A stretch of DNA of 62,215 bases, filler included, from Catajapyx aquilonaris (Eukaryota): NCBI GenBank assembly GCA_000934665.2. It is 2 parts of 2 records of this genome, joined end to end, with 100 filler letters (N's around TTAATTAATTAA, not from the genome) between each part and the next. Parts side by side here need not be neighbours in the genome. Positions count along the whole stretch, not along the records: positions 31,162 to 62,215 come from JYFJ02004590.1; 1 more part is not named here. One strand, given 5' to 3'. Shown here piece by piece: positions 36,414 through 51,400 of the stretch; the stretch's first letter is position 1; each line of letters opens with the position of its first letter. The notes under the pieces are model-generated. The model was not told where the DNA came from and did no database searches. It saw only the letters and a list, made by a program, of their open reading frames with translations. The position numbers and the translations under genes are program-made.

Positions 36414-39400
36414 TGATTTTTTTTTCTTCGGAATAATTCATTATTTTTTATGAACAATTTTACCTTTATTTAGAAGTGACATGGAGTGTACAGCGACAGC
36501 CAGTTTAATTTTTTTTTTTTGAAAACTACTACAAACTTGGTAATTGAGCCATAACGAAAATGTCATATCGGATTACAGGCGGTGACCAATTTGGTGTCAC
36601 GGCATATTAGGAGCCAGTTCCGTCGGCACGAGTTTGAACTCGGGTAGTCCCAAGGCGCTTCTTTCATCATCCGGACTCCAGACTTCTGGGAGTAAGAAAA
36701 GTTGGTGAGGTGCGTTTTGAGTTTGGGATTTTGGGTGGGTTGCAAGCTGGAGGGGGAGAGAGAGACTTTCCTCTCTCAGAACCTCACCACCGCACCCACC
36801 TTTAACCAGGCTTCTTCCTTGGCTTTTCCCGAGTCGTAAGTCTTCATCAGAAGGACAGTTTTGTCAGCAGCCGGGGGGGTTGGCTGGCTGGGTTTTTGGG
36901 CCCCGCCGGGGGAGATGAAACCGTGGGCCTAATTTCGTATGATTTATCACAAAGTGGCGCTGGGCAATTAGTGGGCGAGATGAGGCTTGTTTCCCCAGCT
37001 CGTATTACTCCGGTTGCCTTGCATCAACAGGCTGCTTGGGTCACGCCGGCCAAGGAAATAATTGGGAATCGTTACTATACGTGAAAGAGGAAAAAAACAT
37101 GGAAGGTTGGATTGTACTATAAATCTATGGAGTGTAAAAATAATTTAAGTATTGTCACAAACTATATGAAAATGCAGTCGTGAGTTATTTGTGACCTGAC
37201 ACCATGATATATGACCGAACAGCTTATAATATATGATACATTGGACCACGATAGCATCACCAAATATCATGAAAATAACACGTCAGATCCTAGTTTATTG
37301 GACTAGCAGTTTCATATATTCTATTTTTAATTCTCGGTTGATGTCAGGGAGTAAAACCCTCTGCTATATTGGATGCATCAGGAATGAAGTAGGACTCTGG
37401 AAGTGAAAAGTTGCGTGAATCGAGCCCAGGAAAAGGTGGTGTAAAAGGTTTTATGGTGTGTTGGATTGCTTCCGCGTGAGACCCCCCCCCCCCCCNTTTT
37501 TTTTTTTGAAAAAAAAGGTAGGGCGGTTTATTGCCTCTGGTGATGAATCGGTTTGTGCTATTCGGAGAACTAACGGGCGAGAATTTGTAGGGAAATTAGG
37601 CGTAACGCTCTTTCGCGACATTTAATGTTGCTTTGGGCCAAACTCCACAAAAGGGGACCAAAAAGGGTTTTCAGCTTGTTACACCCACGGCCAGATTGCA
37701 CCCAGAATCTCTGTTCATTGTTGTTGGCTGTTAGTTAGTAAGCAGTGAATAACGTCAGATGAATCTATGATCATTAGGAAGTGTCCAGACCAGAATAGTT
37801 CCTGTATATAGGTTACATATAGCAACAGTGAAGGCATTTATTTCATGAGAAAATGGAGAATTAAATCGCATTTCCCGTATATTTGCTACAGTTACAGTTA
37901 CAGTAAGAGCATGGTTGTCCAACTCCTTCTACTAGATGGCGTCAACCCAGTGGCGCCGCTCTAGCGAGCAATTTTGGTCCCAACAACCTCTTACAGGTGG
38001 AAGTTTCGGATGCGTCAGTTTGGCAAGCCTGTTGCACCCAGCAAATAACATTACCACAGTAGGCCTACTTTAGCTAAAAAGCCCAAACGACTGAGCTTCT
38101 CGTTGCAACAGGGAGGGTGGCTATACCAGCATGTGGGTGGGACACAGGACTGGCCACAAATGCGATCTATGGCAATTAGCCCTCCATCAGTTGTTGAAAA
38201 TGCATTAAGCCTCCCCCCAAACGAGCACGGTTACAGCCACCCCATACACAATCACAACGTGGTGCACATATTCCAGACAATATACGACGACGGATTCTAA
38301 ACGGAATATTTGCTCCGTGCCCAAACTGCTCCGTATAAATCCGGGGTGCACCACAATAAATGCTGGGTGCATGTGGATTGTAATGAATTAGACATGAGAG
38401 GGAGGTCAGCATTGCACTTGCCCTCTTTATTGTATCACCACACATGGCCTGGGAGGAGACATTTCTGGGATGGTGCACACTGCACAGTGTTGGACAATTA
38501 TTTTCTTAAAGCAAGTGGAAAAAACCTGGCGTAGTGCAGCCCGTAATGGTCATTATGCGTAACGAAGTGTGGCTGTAATTAAGAAAGGTCAGAGACCCGG
38601 TCTGATAACCCGGGACGGACGAGGTGCCTTCGCTTTACGACCACTAAAACCGAGGCCTGGCGCTAGATGTGTGAGAGGAGATGGCGGGGGTACAGTGGGA
38701 GGGAGGGAGGGTTTCTTTTTATGACTCATCGAGTCGATTTGACACCCGATGTGGAACACGGTGAGGTTTCTTGGGTGCCATAAACGCAGGCGTGGGTTGC
38801 ATTCAAACTTTGGGAGTCATGGGAATGCACGGAATATACGTCCTTGCATGTGCACCTGCACTTCTAGCCGAGTGCACTGTAAAAATGTATAATGCATGCA
38901 ATAGGTGCAATTTCGGGCCCTAAAGTTGCGTGCCATAATTCCCACATGGACATTTTATGTGCTACTGTAAGATTTACACGAGTTCAATTTAATGCAATTG
39001 TTGGGGGTGAGCTTGTATAGGGGCAATTGCGAATTAATACCACTGGTGTATGTCACGAATATGGCTACGCTTTCATATCGAGAGACCCTGCACTTTTACC
39101 TACTTTTCTATGCTTGTATCCGCTGAAGGATAGGCGTGTATCCGCCGGGAAGGAAATATAGGGTAGGTTGGTACATATTGCCACATTCGGTATGATATAA
39201 AAGTCTTTCCACAAATAGTTTAGGATAAACTGGAAATTGGGCCAGACTTTTCTGACTATTTTCCAACCGGAAAATATTTACTGGAGGTGGCGCAACCTGT
39301 CATTAATATTCTAATGGTTGTAACTTTTTTGTGTATGTCACCGCTCTTGGTAAGGTTCAAAAATGTCTTGGCCAAATTGACTCGTGTGTATCATGTGTGT

Positions 39401-42400
39401 ACAGATTCTCGTATCACCTCACAGAAGATGAGAAAAAGCTGTGGGGGTGGATTGTGTGGTGTGGGGGAGGATATGACGGTGGTGGCTGCCTCCATTTTCC
39501 CCCTCATAGCCCTGCTTCCCCCAAGAGACCTATTACACTTGATAGGCGTGGCAAAGCGGATTCAAAAGGTCATTAAAAGTGTGGCGGAATGCTGCGGTGG
39601 CGAGGGAGGGCATGGGGGGGTCATTAATTTTTGCCCAGGTTCACACTGGATGCCAGGATTGTAATGCAGTCTCACATTACCCTCATATGAGTATAAATGA
39701 TTTTTGCACCATTTTTGCACAGTGTCGGATGGCCCATAAGTTTACATGGCACTTCGTATGAAATTTTTCTGTTCATTTAAATTTGGAATTTCTGGACATC
39801 CTGCATTTGCATACACACACATGAAGCCAAAAAGCCACAGAATTTATCTCAGGATAAATTTTTTTTCCATCTCTCACAATTTGGAGTGCTGCAGGGGCCA
39901 CGTGGATGATTAGGTTTCCCTTCGGTATCAGCAAATGCGCTTCACGCACAGTCCTATAAATTACGCTCCGGGTGTTACATTTACAACGTGAGGGGAGTAT
40001 GGGCTATGGGTGACGAGTTACATTCGCGTTATGCCCCGTGAAGAGAAGAGGTGCGGGACGTGTGAAAGTGTGAGTGTATTAGTCCTTGTCTCCCATTAAG
40101 CGGCTTAATTAGGGCGGTAATAAGTGCGCAGAGTAGCGAGTAGAGAGNGGGGGGGGGGGGGGCAGCTAGGGGAAAAGGGGGTTTATAAACAGAGGGAGGC
40201 CTGGGGGATAGGCAGGGGTAATGGTGTGACCACATGAGTTTGGCGCAGGCGAGGCTTGAAAATGGGTGAAAGAGTTGGGTGGGGGTGGGGGAATTATCAC
40301 GTAGAGTTCGCTTGGCCTGCTCGTGATTTTGTGAATTGGGGGTAAGAATGGAGTTTAGTACTATGTAGAGGGGCCAGCTTGGCTAGAGAGTCATGTTCCG
40401 GATGAGTTGGTTAGGCTAACTAAACGTCAATGTACCGGATAGAAGCCACTAGCCAGTACGTAGTGGTGGAGCCTGTTAATAAAGTGGACATTCCTTAAGT
40501 TGCAATGGACACTGAAATGGTTCAGATGTTGTCTCATAGATGGCGTGATACGATTCCATGAATCCGAACGTACCATAGTATGCAGATGATGATGCAGATA
40601 TAATTTTTTTGACAGTAAACAATCACAAACAGATCTAATAATGGGCCATATTGGCATCGGGATTCGAACCAGGATCCTGATGAACTACTACACTAGTCCA
40701 ATATCAAGTCTTACAAGGAATAAAATTGGGTCTGGAGTTGGGAGTAATTCCAAGTTGGACCAACTTTAGAAGGCCGATGTCAATAGTTTCGATACTTAAA
40801 GTGGGGCGTATAAAAGGGGTGCATGTATATGTAGAAGTTTTTCAATATAGACGAGGGGGTGCACAAATCACTGAGGTTGGATACCATGAAGATTCTTGGG
40901 GCCCCGTTGGAGCCACCCAAAAAATATAGTGTGCGTTTCCTTTGGGGTGAAATGTACTGGAGGGAAAGAAGGAAGCATGGATGAAAGAACTGGAAGGCGG
41001 TAATAAGACGGAAAGAAGGGGGAGGAAGAAGAGAAAAGAAATTCAAAGCCTCCAGTTGATCTTTCGCACCCCAACAGAGAGGATGACTCGAAAGGGGGAA
41101 CATGGGAAATTGCCTTGGAATTTGCTGTCATTTCACCCCCGCAATTTGGCGACTCTGGATATCCTAAAAGCCCCTTTTCCGGGCTTTTTTTGTGTAGCCC
41201 TCCCCCCTCCTCCCATACGAATAACTGATGAGAAAGCTGGGCAAAAACGGCTCAACTGAAACATATTGTTGAGCACAGGTCGATTGGGGACAGTTAATGC
41301 AAACACATGTGCTCTATACGTTGGCCATAATTCTACCGATGTGCTATTGATTTGTCAAAACCGCATAATTTGTCATTGTATGTGGGCACCGTGTTCTGTT
41401 ATTATCGGTCCCAAAAGTCACTGCCAGCATTGGGTAGGGGGAGACTTGCTGGAATAAAGATATAATCGCATAAGCTTGTAAATTACGGTTGGAAAAACTG
41501 ATGTCACTCTGCTGATATACTCGCAACCGCCCGGAACCTACGAACGTGACTTGAATTGTTTATTCTGCCACTCGGTAGGTTCAGACGACAGATGATATAA
41601 CCACGAGGAGGAGGAACATAACGATAAGTCAAAGTCATTTTAATAGTCAAATGAGACTTTGCAACAAATAGAGGCGATATGGCATCAGATTTTAGTTGAG
41701 AACTTGTGCTCTGGATATGTTGGTGGTACATATTCGACCATTAACACATGATGTTGTACATTGCAAATGCACCGCATGTGCCATGTTGCACTTCTGCAGA
41801 TTGGCTGTCAATTCGTTAATATAGCACAGTTTATTGTGGGTTGTCAGCTTTTGGCTTTGGAATCAGTTGCGCTTCCGTTGCATAGATGGAGCTAGACACA
41901 GCGTGCCATCTGTCAGCCAGTGTCGCATCGCAGCGACGAACCGCCAGCCGCCATTATCCTTCACCACACTGCAAATGCATGGGCAGAACCGACTACAACC
42001 CAGCCGGAATTATATGCATTCAGGGCCATAAACAACCGCCGTTTCCAAAAGCTACAGTAGATCCCATTGCGGAACATTGTCTTCACTGGAAGGAAGCGGA
42101 GAGGAAAACTACAGCGCTGTGTCGGAACATTCCATTGCACTTTGGGAGCGCGTGAACTAACCGCCGACGCCACGATTTATCGCCTGTAATTTTGTTCCAC
42201 CAGCAGAGAGCTAGGGTCGGTAGAGGGTGCAAATTTGTGTATCTGGCGATGCAGCACGGACACCTACACACTTTGCTTGTGCAATCTGGTTCACTGTATG
42301 AATTTTAATCCTATGACCGTGTATTTTTAAAATTCGCCCTTTGGGGAATAGGGAGGAATATATATACATATTTTTTTTAAAGTGGGGAGGATGTAATAAT

Positions 42401-45400
42401 CTGTGCCGAAGCTGTGCTGGCTCTCTGGTGGAAGTTGCCGCGTAAAAAGCAATATCAAAGGCGCCTCCGCGCTGGAGATAAAGTTACTTGGGCATTCATG
42501 GGGCTATAAAGCTTGCTTATCTATTTAGAGTAAGCTGGGGAACTGAATGGGAATGCTAGGGATGGGGGGTAGACGCCTAGCCAAAAAACTTGCTGCGAAA
42601 TTTGCTGTTGTTTTTTTTTAGAAAAAAAGTGTTGCTTGTAATTGTAATGACGTAATGTTCCGCCATATGTAGCGTGCCTTCATAAACACTAGGTAGTTGT
42701 AAAAAAAAAGCAGGTCGGTTTTTTTGCACTATCTGCTGCCAATCTATCCTGTCGCGTGCTATGGATTATCCTCGCCATATTTGGATGACGCTACAAGCCG
42801 CGATCGCCACAAACTTGGTTGATGAAATACAATTTCAAAACACTAATCAGGTGCAGATAAGCTAGTCCAACCATGCAGGTTAGGAATCCCACAAATGTGC
42901 TCTAACACACTGTCAATTAAATCCTTTGCTAATGACTGTAATTAATTAATAGTTCGTAATTAAATAATTAAATAAGGTTTCTCTGATCTTGCCCCATCCT
43001 GCACATTAGGCCATCCTCCAAGCACTGTTTAACATGGAAACCATTTAAAGCAGACGCACTTTCTTTTTGTCAACTGCAATTCCAGACACTTCCCTCGTCT
43101 AATTAAGCGTGGAAAAAACCCTAGGAATAGTCGTGCGTGTAATCGTGAGCCACCATCAGGGGTAGCTGCTCTTCCCTTGTTTCTGGGAACGGTGATGCGG
43201 TACGCAGATAACGTCCATTTTGCTCCCTAGCTGCCTTGAATTCATGGAAATTTTACTTCCCTTTGCAATGCGTCCCTTAGATTACGAGGTCCGATAGCAG
43301 TTACGAACGCAATGGGAGGGGAAGGTCTTGTCGGACGCACTAATTCCGGATTTTCCAAGCTACTATGCAGCAGCCGATAATAATAAAGCTCGCTGCTTTA
43401 TGCTCCGGATAGTCCGGAATCAAAATAACAAGGGTGCTATTAGTAAGTTATTTTATTATATTAGCAATCTTGTTGTTTTATTTGCAGATAAATTGGGCAT
43501 GTTGCGCGAGACTGCTTTATTTGTGTTTTGTTGAAATCGTCACCTATAGATTTAGGGGTATGGGGGTAAGAGTGGGGGGCGCTTTCAACACGTAATCACT
43601 ACCAGCCGCTGTCTAATTACACGCTCTGGGGTAGGTATTCCCAGCATTTCTGGCCATGCCTTATTCAAGAGATGTTCCCCCCGCCACCACCGCTTGTGAT
43701 TTCGGTGCGGGTTTGGAGACCACATTTCCATGGACAAACAGCAAAGTCCTCCCCTCTACTCCCTGCCTCTCCCCACACTCCCCCCCCCTGAAATCTCGGC
43801 TGCCGACATTTTTATTAGAAACGCACTGATGGGCTGGCGGGGGTAACTTTTGCTTTTTCCCTTTTCCATTTCCATTCCCACCGTTTCCCGGGATTCCCTT
43901 CTGGCTAAATATTTGCTCTCTCTAGCTCGGGAAAGGAACTGCTGTGGGTTGCTGCTCTTCTGCAGTATTGTAATGCCGCGTTGCTCTGTGCCGATGGAGG
44001 AATTTCTCTGAGCTACATGGGTCAGTGCTGGCAGATAGATTTGGGGTTTTGAGATGCTGGCTGCCGTGCCCGCATTTGGAATGAGGGGGATCCCCTTGCT
44101 CGTGTGTTTCACTGTGGGGTTGGTCCGCAAGTTGGAGGTTTTGCTATTGTTACTAGTTGGGAGTTAGCCCATTTTTAAGGGAGTTTCGAAACTTGTCAGC
44201 TGCAAATGCTACGTTAGCATTGTTTGTGCTATATTTGCAGGTATGCTACTATTTTTTAAATATATAGTCTGCAGGGTTAGGGTACCGACCTGCACAAAAT
44301 ATGATAGTAAGAGCCACCTGTGGGCTTACGGGTTTTCCACACCTGCTTCCACATTCCTTCCAACCGTGGAGAGTGGTTTCGAGCCCAAATCCATTACCTC
44401 GTTGTTCACTGACTCTCTCTGACTTATGATCCATCCTGTCCCCGCAATTTCATCCTGTTAGTCGGATAACCGTTACGCCTCTCCTGCCATACGTCGCGGT
44501 CTACTTGCCAGGCGCTCTGATGAGCAATGCACATACGCCAGTGACGCGTAAAATAGGCTAGCAGAAATTTGCGACTTAATTTCAACCATACGTATTTCAC
44601 GCGTTGCCCTTTAGGTAAAGCTTACACGCCCCGGTGCCGCCTGTGGCACGTTTTGTCCCTAATGCCTCATTTGTTCTTGGGGGGGACCGCCATTAAGTTA
44701 TGCATGAGAAGGCCAGTCCCTCCCTACCAACTTCCTCAGGGAACGATTAATGACTGAAGGAAGGTCACATGTCGCCTACCAATGCGGGGTGGGCTTCTAC
44801 AAAAAACTGGGCTTGGAGAAAACCCAGACCTGGCCTCATTTTGCACGCAATACATCACAGCCCAGACCGGATTCATGTACAGGGGAGGACCGTACTTAAA
44901 TAAGTGCGTTTGTGCTGGGGTGGTGGTGGAGATATTGGTTTTTCGAGGGAGGGAGGGGATGTGGCCGTAATTGGGAAAACGGTCAATTAGAGCCCAGATG
45001 CTGTCACGTCCATCGCTCCAATTGTTTTCCCATGTCCAGCCTCACGTCAGGGACGCTGCGGCCGTGTGTTGGCCACGAGCTAATAAGGATTAGGGGGGTA
45101 GAGGGACGCTTTGTGAAGGGATGCTTGGGGAGGAAGGACCTAAGTCTAGATACTGTACAGTACGTTGTGTCATGTTCAGACCTGGAGACGGGAATTCCTG
45201 ATCGGTTTGCCCCGTCTGTTGTTCCGATTTCAGACGAAACAGCGATTAAATCATGGCATTTTAATGGATCACTTTAATAAAAATCAATTTCGATGTAATT
45301 AATCAGGAATTTGTGATTAAGTGGTTTATTTTAAGCCATTACTTTTAATGAGCATTGCCTTGTGATAAATAGTTACGTACTCGGATATTTACCTGGAGCA

Positions 45401-48400
45401 AGTTTATATCAGTTCCGTGCACTGTAGCCTACATTCTGGAAACAAATGAGTGGAAACTTTGTTTTGGTGGGGCTTTGGGTTCGGAGCATGCTCTAATCTC
45501 GACTAATTTTACCCACCGCTCTCAATTAACTTTGTCAGCTATCGTTCGCTTCTGTGCCGAAAACGAAAACTTTTCAGGATGTTCCGTACAGCGGGGTCCT
45601 GACCCCATCATTATTTTCTGCCCCGCAGACAATTCTCAGTTGGGCTTTGGAAATCCTGAAACCGGGAGGTTGTGCCGGAATACGACCTAGCTGCCCTCCG
45701 ATTTTTTTAAAAAAAAGAAACAAATAGACGGGGGTAAAAAGTTCAATGAAGAGCACGAACAGTTAACATTTCATCAGTTCAACGATATACCTCTGTGAAC
45801 ACTTATCCGGCAGATCATACCTGTACTTTTTATTCTTTCAAGTCGAGCACAATGGTACCTTTTTCAGGAATTAGCTTGTTTGCAGAGAGGCAAAGTTTCA
45901 TTGTCCATTTTTGCAGAGTTTTACATCATGTCCGGATATGATTTTTTTAAAGCCAAAAAAAATCCTTTACTAACTTACAGTGAACCTATAGCTGTTTTCC
46001 CCCGTTTGGAGCCTTGACAAGGTATGAGAGATAGCCTGGCACCTTGCGCCTCACCAAAGCCTTGATTTCCCAAAGGCATTCTTTATTATACCGTCTCCAC
46101 TTCCTGAGCAAACCCAATCAATGATCCTCGATATTGTAGGAAATCGAAACAGAAAAAAAAACTTCAGACACTTTAAGAAAGCCCATCTGATTATTCGGTT
46201 CGTACATGGTGCTTATTTACCTGTTTTCTAATATACTGTGACATCCCCTCACTAGAAGGCAGTGGCATCTGGGTATGGACTGGGTGAGAGAGTTGTGAAA
46301 CGGCCTGGAAGCAGACTAGGCTAATAAATGGGTAGCTCCACCTGTTGTATTATTGGACCACAACCACTTGCTTGATCAGAGGGGTGACCTGAGGAGGTCA
46401 ATTCTCACATTACAGAAATTATTCGGTTACTTCACCAAAAAAACAGCTGACATTTACAAATGATATCAAATTGCAGGCTTCAGCACATTTTCTCCGGAAA
46501 AATCTCAATGCGACTATAGAAAACAATGAGTTCTGGGTTTTGTCCGGAGACGATGCAGTTTGGTCCGGATTTCTCCTTTCGCGGTCGGTTCCTCTCAGCA
46601 TGCCCCCGGATATACATAATACGAGGGAGCTAGATCCATTATGCATGTTAATAGATTTGAGAATGCATACACCAAAGTCGGCTTCTCCGGAAGATCCATC
46701 TCTGAAGGAACTTTCCCACACCACCCCCCACCCCCCACAAAACGGTGGCACCGCGCCCCCCGGGCTGCTCCCACGTTTTCCCCGGATCTCTCCATTAGCG
46801 CCCGGAGTGCCAATTTATTTCCTAAATGGAATGACGGTGGATTATAAAGACCTGATTAGCAATTGGAGGCACCTTGGGATTCCCGCCGCCATACCCCTCC
46901 CTGTCTGATAAAGGGGGAGGGTTGCCTCCAGCAAAACGGGAGATTAAGCGTTCAGGGATGCACCTTACAGCAGGAAGAAGAGTTTTTTCCTCCTCCTTCT
47001 TTCTTCCTTTTCCCTACCTTCCTCCATACCCCTCCTGGTGCCTCGAATTGGCGATGCAGGGCCTGGAATAGGAGGCGGAGGAATTTCCGCAGGGAGGGGA
47101 ATTTGCCCAATTTGTGATGCGTGACGCCGTTTCCGTGAGAGTAAAACTACACGGGAGACGAGACAATATTTGGGATCTGATCCTGACTCCTTGCAGGGGG
47201 GAACCAGGAGAAATCTTGGAAGTTCTGGTGCGACGGAAAAAAAAATTGTATGCGAATGTGCAGGTCAGGGCGTCCTGAGCTAATATTGGTCAAGGTGGCC
47301 CTAGAGAAGGACAGTTCTTCCGGAAGTGCGCTCCTGGGAGAGGCTGTTCTGTTGACATCTTGGCACAGATTTGACTACAATTTTCTGTGGGATAGGATAC
47401 AACTGCATGTAAATTGAGGGGTGTGTTTTTCCACCAAATGTTCCCTGGAACCATCTGTGTTGATTGAACCTTGCTTACCTATACTGGCGTCATGCAGGGA
47501 CATGCTGCACCTAAATTTCATCGTGCAGGTGCGTCGCCTCGTGATGTCGTGCTGTAAAACCAAGTTTGTGTTAGTGTCCGGCACGTGGAACCCATTCATT
47601 TGCGCTCATCCCAGTCAGACGTTACGGTTTATATAAAATTTCCTCCTGACCAAGCAAAGGCGGTGGCGCTGATGTGCTGGGGAGGAAGAGAGAGAGAGAA
47701 AAAAAGGTCTTTTCAAAGCCAGGGGTCATTCGCCGTCCTTTTATAACCCATGGCGACAGGCCAGAGCCCTCAGGACGGACTTTTACGGTCCCTTTGACTA
47801 TCGGTCCGACCTCACGTGAAGGCACGAGTCGGTGCTGCAAGGAAATCTATATAAATTTGTGGATAGCCTGCAGGTGCGAGTCAGATCGTAAATAGGCCAC
47901 CCTATACCACCGGAACATTGCTCTCTTGTTTTTTTTTCTGGAACCGGATTTGCTGACAGCAGTAACATGACTCACGCTAACTAGAACTGTCGCCCCAGAG
48001 TTGGCCCCCAGATGAGGACCTCACCCCCATTTAAAGCCTGATTTTTGTCCAGTGTGGTACCAATAGGCCCTGGACCTACTTGGTGTAGATATGGACCGGA
48101 TTCTCATCTTGACCGTTGAAATGGACTGGTCAGATAAGCCACATTTATGGGAACTTCGGGGAAGTCCCGGCTAAGAGCATGCGCACTCCGGACCAATAGA
48201 AAGCCACAAGTTCAGGTGGCTGATCTGTTATGTCGTCAGAAGCTGCCTGACTCATGAGACCTGTACAAACAGAAGGAAACAAAGCAACATAAAGAGTCCC
48301 CTTTGCGCCATTTGTTATATCAATCCGGGCTTGACTTTCCTTCCCCTCCTCGAAGGGAAGAAGTCCCAGGAGACGTCTCATTGCGACTAAGATAACCCCA

Positions 48401-51400
48401 GGAAGGAAATCTGGAGCGACCTCCAGAAAATCCCACGTGACGAATGGTCCTGAGGGAGACACGCGTGTTGGTTCAGATCCTTCCCATCAGGTCATACGCG
48501 TGTAAAGGGAAATCCTACACGACTTGCTTCAGGAAATATATATTTGGTTACATCTCTTGAAAATAACTTACTCAGTCCGCTCTTAATTAAGACCGGTTGT
48601 GCCACCAGGTTTTAACCCCCCTCCCCGACCATGCAATTGGACTGGCATAGCCCTAGGTATACACCCCACCGTGTTTGACATTTCCATAATGCTTTATCTG
48701 CATGCTAATTTTAGTGTAAAGTGGCTTTTGCATAATAAGCCCTACGTGGTGCACGAGTGCAGTTGAGGGACTCGTTATGCCCCTGGATCCACCAGTCAAA
48801 CGTTGGGAAGCGGTTAGTTTCCCCAATGAAATATATATCACTACAACCGTCGAACCTTTTCTGGCTTCAAGGGTTGTAACCTCCCCCAACGGTGAGGCTA
48901 TAAAAGCTCGGGGCATATTGCGTCTTTGGCCATTGTTGCGCGCAATTGAGGGGAAGGAGCGGTTTGGGTGTAGGGGAGGGAGTCTTAATTTCCCGAGTAA
49001 GGAACGCTGAAGAGAGGCCTGCTTGGAATGGTGATGATGCTGCAAAGGCAGCCATTTGCTGTAGTTGAATCCTGACATTTTGCATTTGAGATGATGACCT
49101 GGAGGACGGTTACACGAAGCCGTTACTGGCAGAACTTACGGGCCGCCAATCAGCGTGAAGATCAGCCACTGTATGCTGATTTCCGGGCCGCTATCCACGT
49201 GGCCAACATGGTTGCCATAATAGCAGCCTCACGCCTATAAAAAATTGACCAATACATCACTGTCACCCACTAGACCGCCAACAATGCGGCCAAAATTTCT
49301 TCTTCTGGGTGTCTCCCTATCCAAGTCGCCTAAGAGCAGTTGGGCAACCCTGGAAGGGCGTAATAAAGAGGAGCGATGGAAAGTCTTTCGCTTGGAACGT
49401 GTCTGGAAAGGGGAATAAGCGCACAGCCCCGGAAGGCTAATATTGTAGGAGTGACACATGGGTCTCTCTATATTACATGGGGAGGAGAGTCTGTAGTGTA
49501 GTTGTGTTTGGGAGGGGGGAGGGGTCTCTCAGAATATGCCAAACAGAACCTGAGGAGTAAGGTCCGATATTGCACCTGAGGGGATGCTTCGGACCAGGAC
49601 AACACAAAAACCGGGCTTAGGCATTGCCGCCTTCGCAGGGGACAGATTCGACCCAAGACGATCCTTTTTTTCGCTCCATCTTGAAGTGAGCTGGGGGAAG
49701 AAAAAGATGGCACCGTTTCGGCGCCGATATTTGCAAGTTGTCAGGAGAAGGAGCATTTTTCCGGGGATTTGTCAGTTGAGATTTGGACTGCGAGTGCAGC
49801 CAACAATATTGGGTGGCCTGGAACGTGGGGCTGAAAAATGCAAAGCGGTTTAATGCGTGCATTGCGGTGTTTGTCGCCCGGAATTTATTCCAAGCTGTGC
49901 GTCTTTTTCGGGCTACATTTTGCGCATCGCCGCAATACAGGGTGTTCCATCATTCGAATATATTTTTGGTGCACTGCTTACATTTTTTTTGGGACACCCA
50001 CATTGGTATAATGAGTCTGCTCCAAATCTACCTAGAAGTTGGCATGAACCATTATGAGACATACTTCATATTCCAAGCCATCATTGAATATCCCATGTTT
50101 TTAAAACAATACAGTTCCCCAAAGTGTAATTCGGCCCTCAGGATCCGTAACCGCATTTTTATCTTTTGTCATTACCATCTACACGAGGTCGGAGAGGGGG
50201 GCTTGGTTGAATATTGGAGGAATGCTATAGTATACTATGGGGGAGGGCTGCCCCCTTTACCCTCCCTCGGTATATTTTATTGGTAGCAACACCGAAAGCA
50301 ATCATATTGCTACATTTAGAGTAAGCTTATGGAGTTTAGAAATATGTGATGGGCTTGGGTCCATTGATCGCTGGGAAATTTTGGACTCTGTTTGCTCTTC
50401 TCTTGCATGGGAATGGGCCATTTAGGAAACCAATAACATTGGCTAGTTATAATGCCGGCGGAGTTCTTTTCGTTGGGGGGAAAGAGGGGGGGCTTAACCT
50501 ACGGCCTTTTTTTCTTTTAGCTCAATAATACAGAGCAGTTCGGAATATGATAGTGACTTAACCGCTCCAAGAATGGCCTGTGCGTCAGTCCTAATGTGAC
50601 TGCTGTGATCTTTTTATATATAATCATTTCGAAGGATCTGCGCCAGACCGTGTTGTCAACTTATGCAGTGGACCGCTACATATTTTTTTGAAGAAAAAAA
50701 AGAAAAAAATATGACCAATTTTGAATGAAATAAGATGAAAATGCATGTGGAAGAATGCGGTTTTAGTGATAACTGTCCCATTATACAATCGACGGCAACA
50801 TCTGGCAACACTGCAAAAACATCAGCGTGTAATTTGGGTTGCATCATCCAAGGATGAAAAGTATCCAAGTGGAAGAGTACTTCGTACTGTACAGTAAAAT
50901 AAACTAATAATATTTTTGTAGTAAAAATAATTTGTAAATATTATATAAATTTAAACTAAATAACCCCGTATTGACTTTAAGTGAAACATATAACTTTAAT
51001 TTTTTTTTTTTAAAAAAAAAACATTAGGTTCGTACTTAGGCGTGTCAGTCCCTGCAGCAGAGGCAAGATAGTGTTTCCATATTTTGAAATTCAGTGGTGT
51101 TGGCGAAGAGACGCTAGGTGGTTTGGACATGGAGGGTGGGCAAGGGCGGGGGCGGAAGGAAAAGCAGAGAGAGAAGAAGCGAGAGAAGGAAAAAAAAAGC
51201 AGAAGAGGAGATGAGTTTTGTTTCGAACCTTGTCGCCTTTTCGCATGGCCGAACTAGGAAGGCGGGAAAGTTCCTTTGACAGGCCGTCCGGACGAGAAGG
51301 AGCAAAAAGAGGAGGAGGATACTTTGTCCTCTCTACGTCGCTCCTCACCACCATCTTTTTTTTTTCCAACCCTCTCCCCCCACGGTCCTCCAGCTCGTTT

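Noticed and set aside
36610..36691. Possible phase 1-1 exon ASSVGTSLNSGSPKALLSSSGLQTSG
   Set aside because: Donor GTAAGA is acceptable but the acceptor has no pyrimidine tract and the peptide is low complexity.
41220..41290. CTGATGA...GAAA hammerhead-like core
   Set aside because: Stems I and III cannot be formed; other CTGATGA/TCATCAG hits (19520, 36845, 44516, 58886) also lack the required helices.
46471..46908. 145-aa ORF (similarly 49783-50286, 57698-58228, 59099-59527)
   Set aside because: No recognisable domain or convincing splice framing; lengths are plausible by chance.
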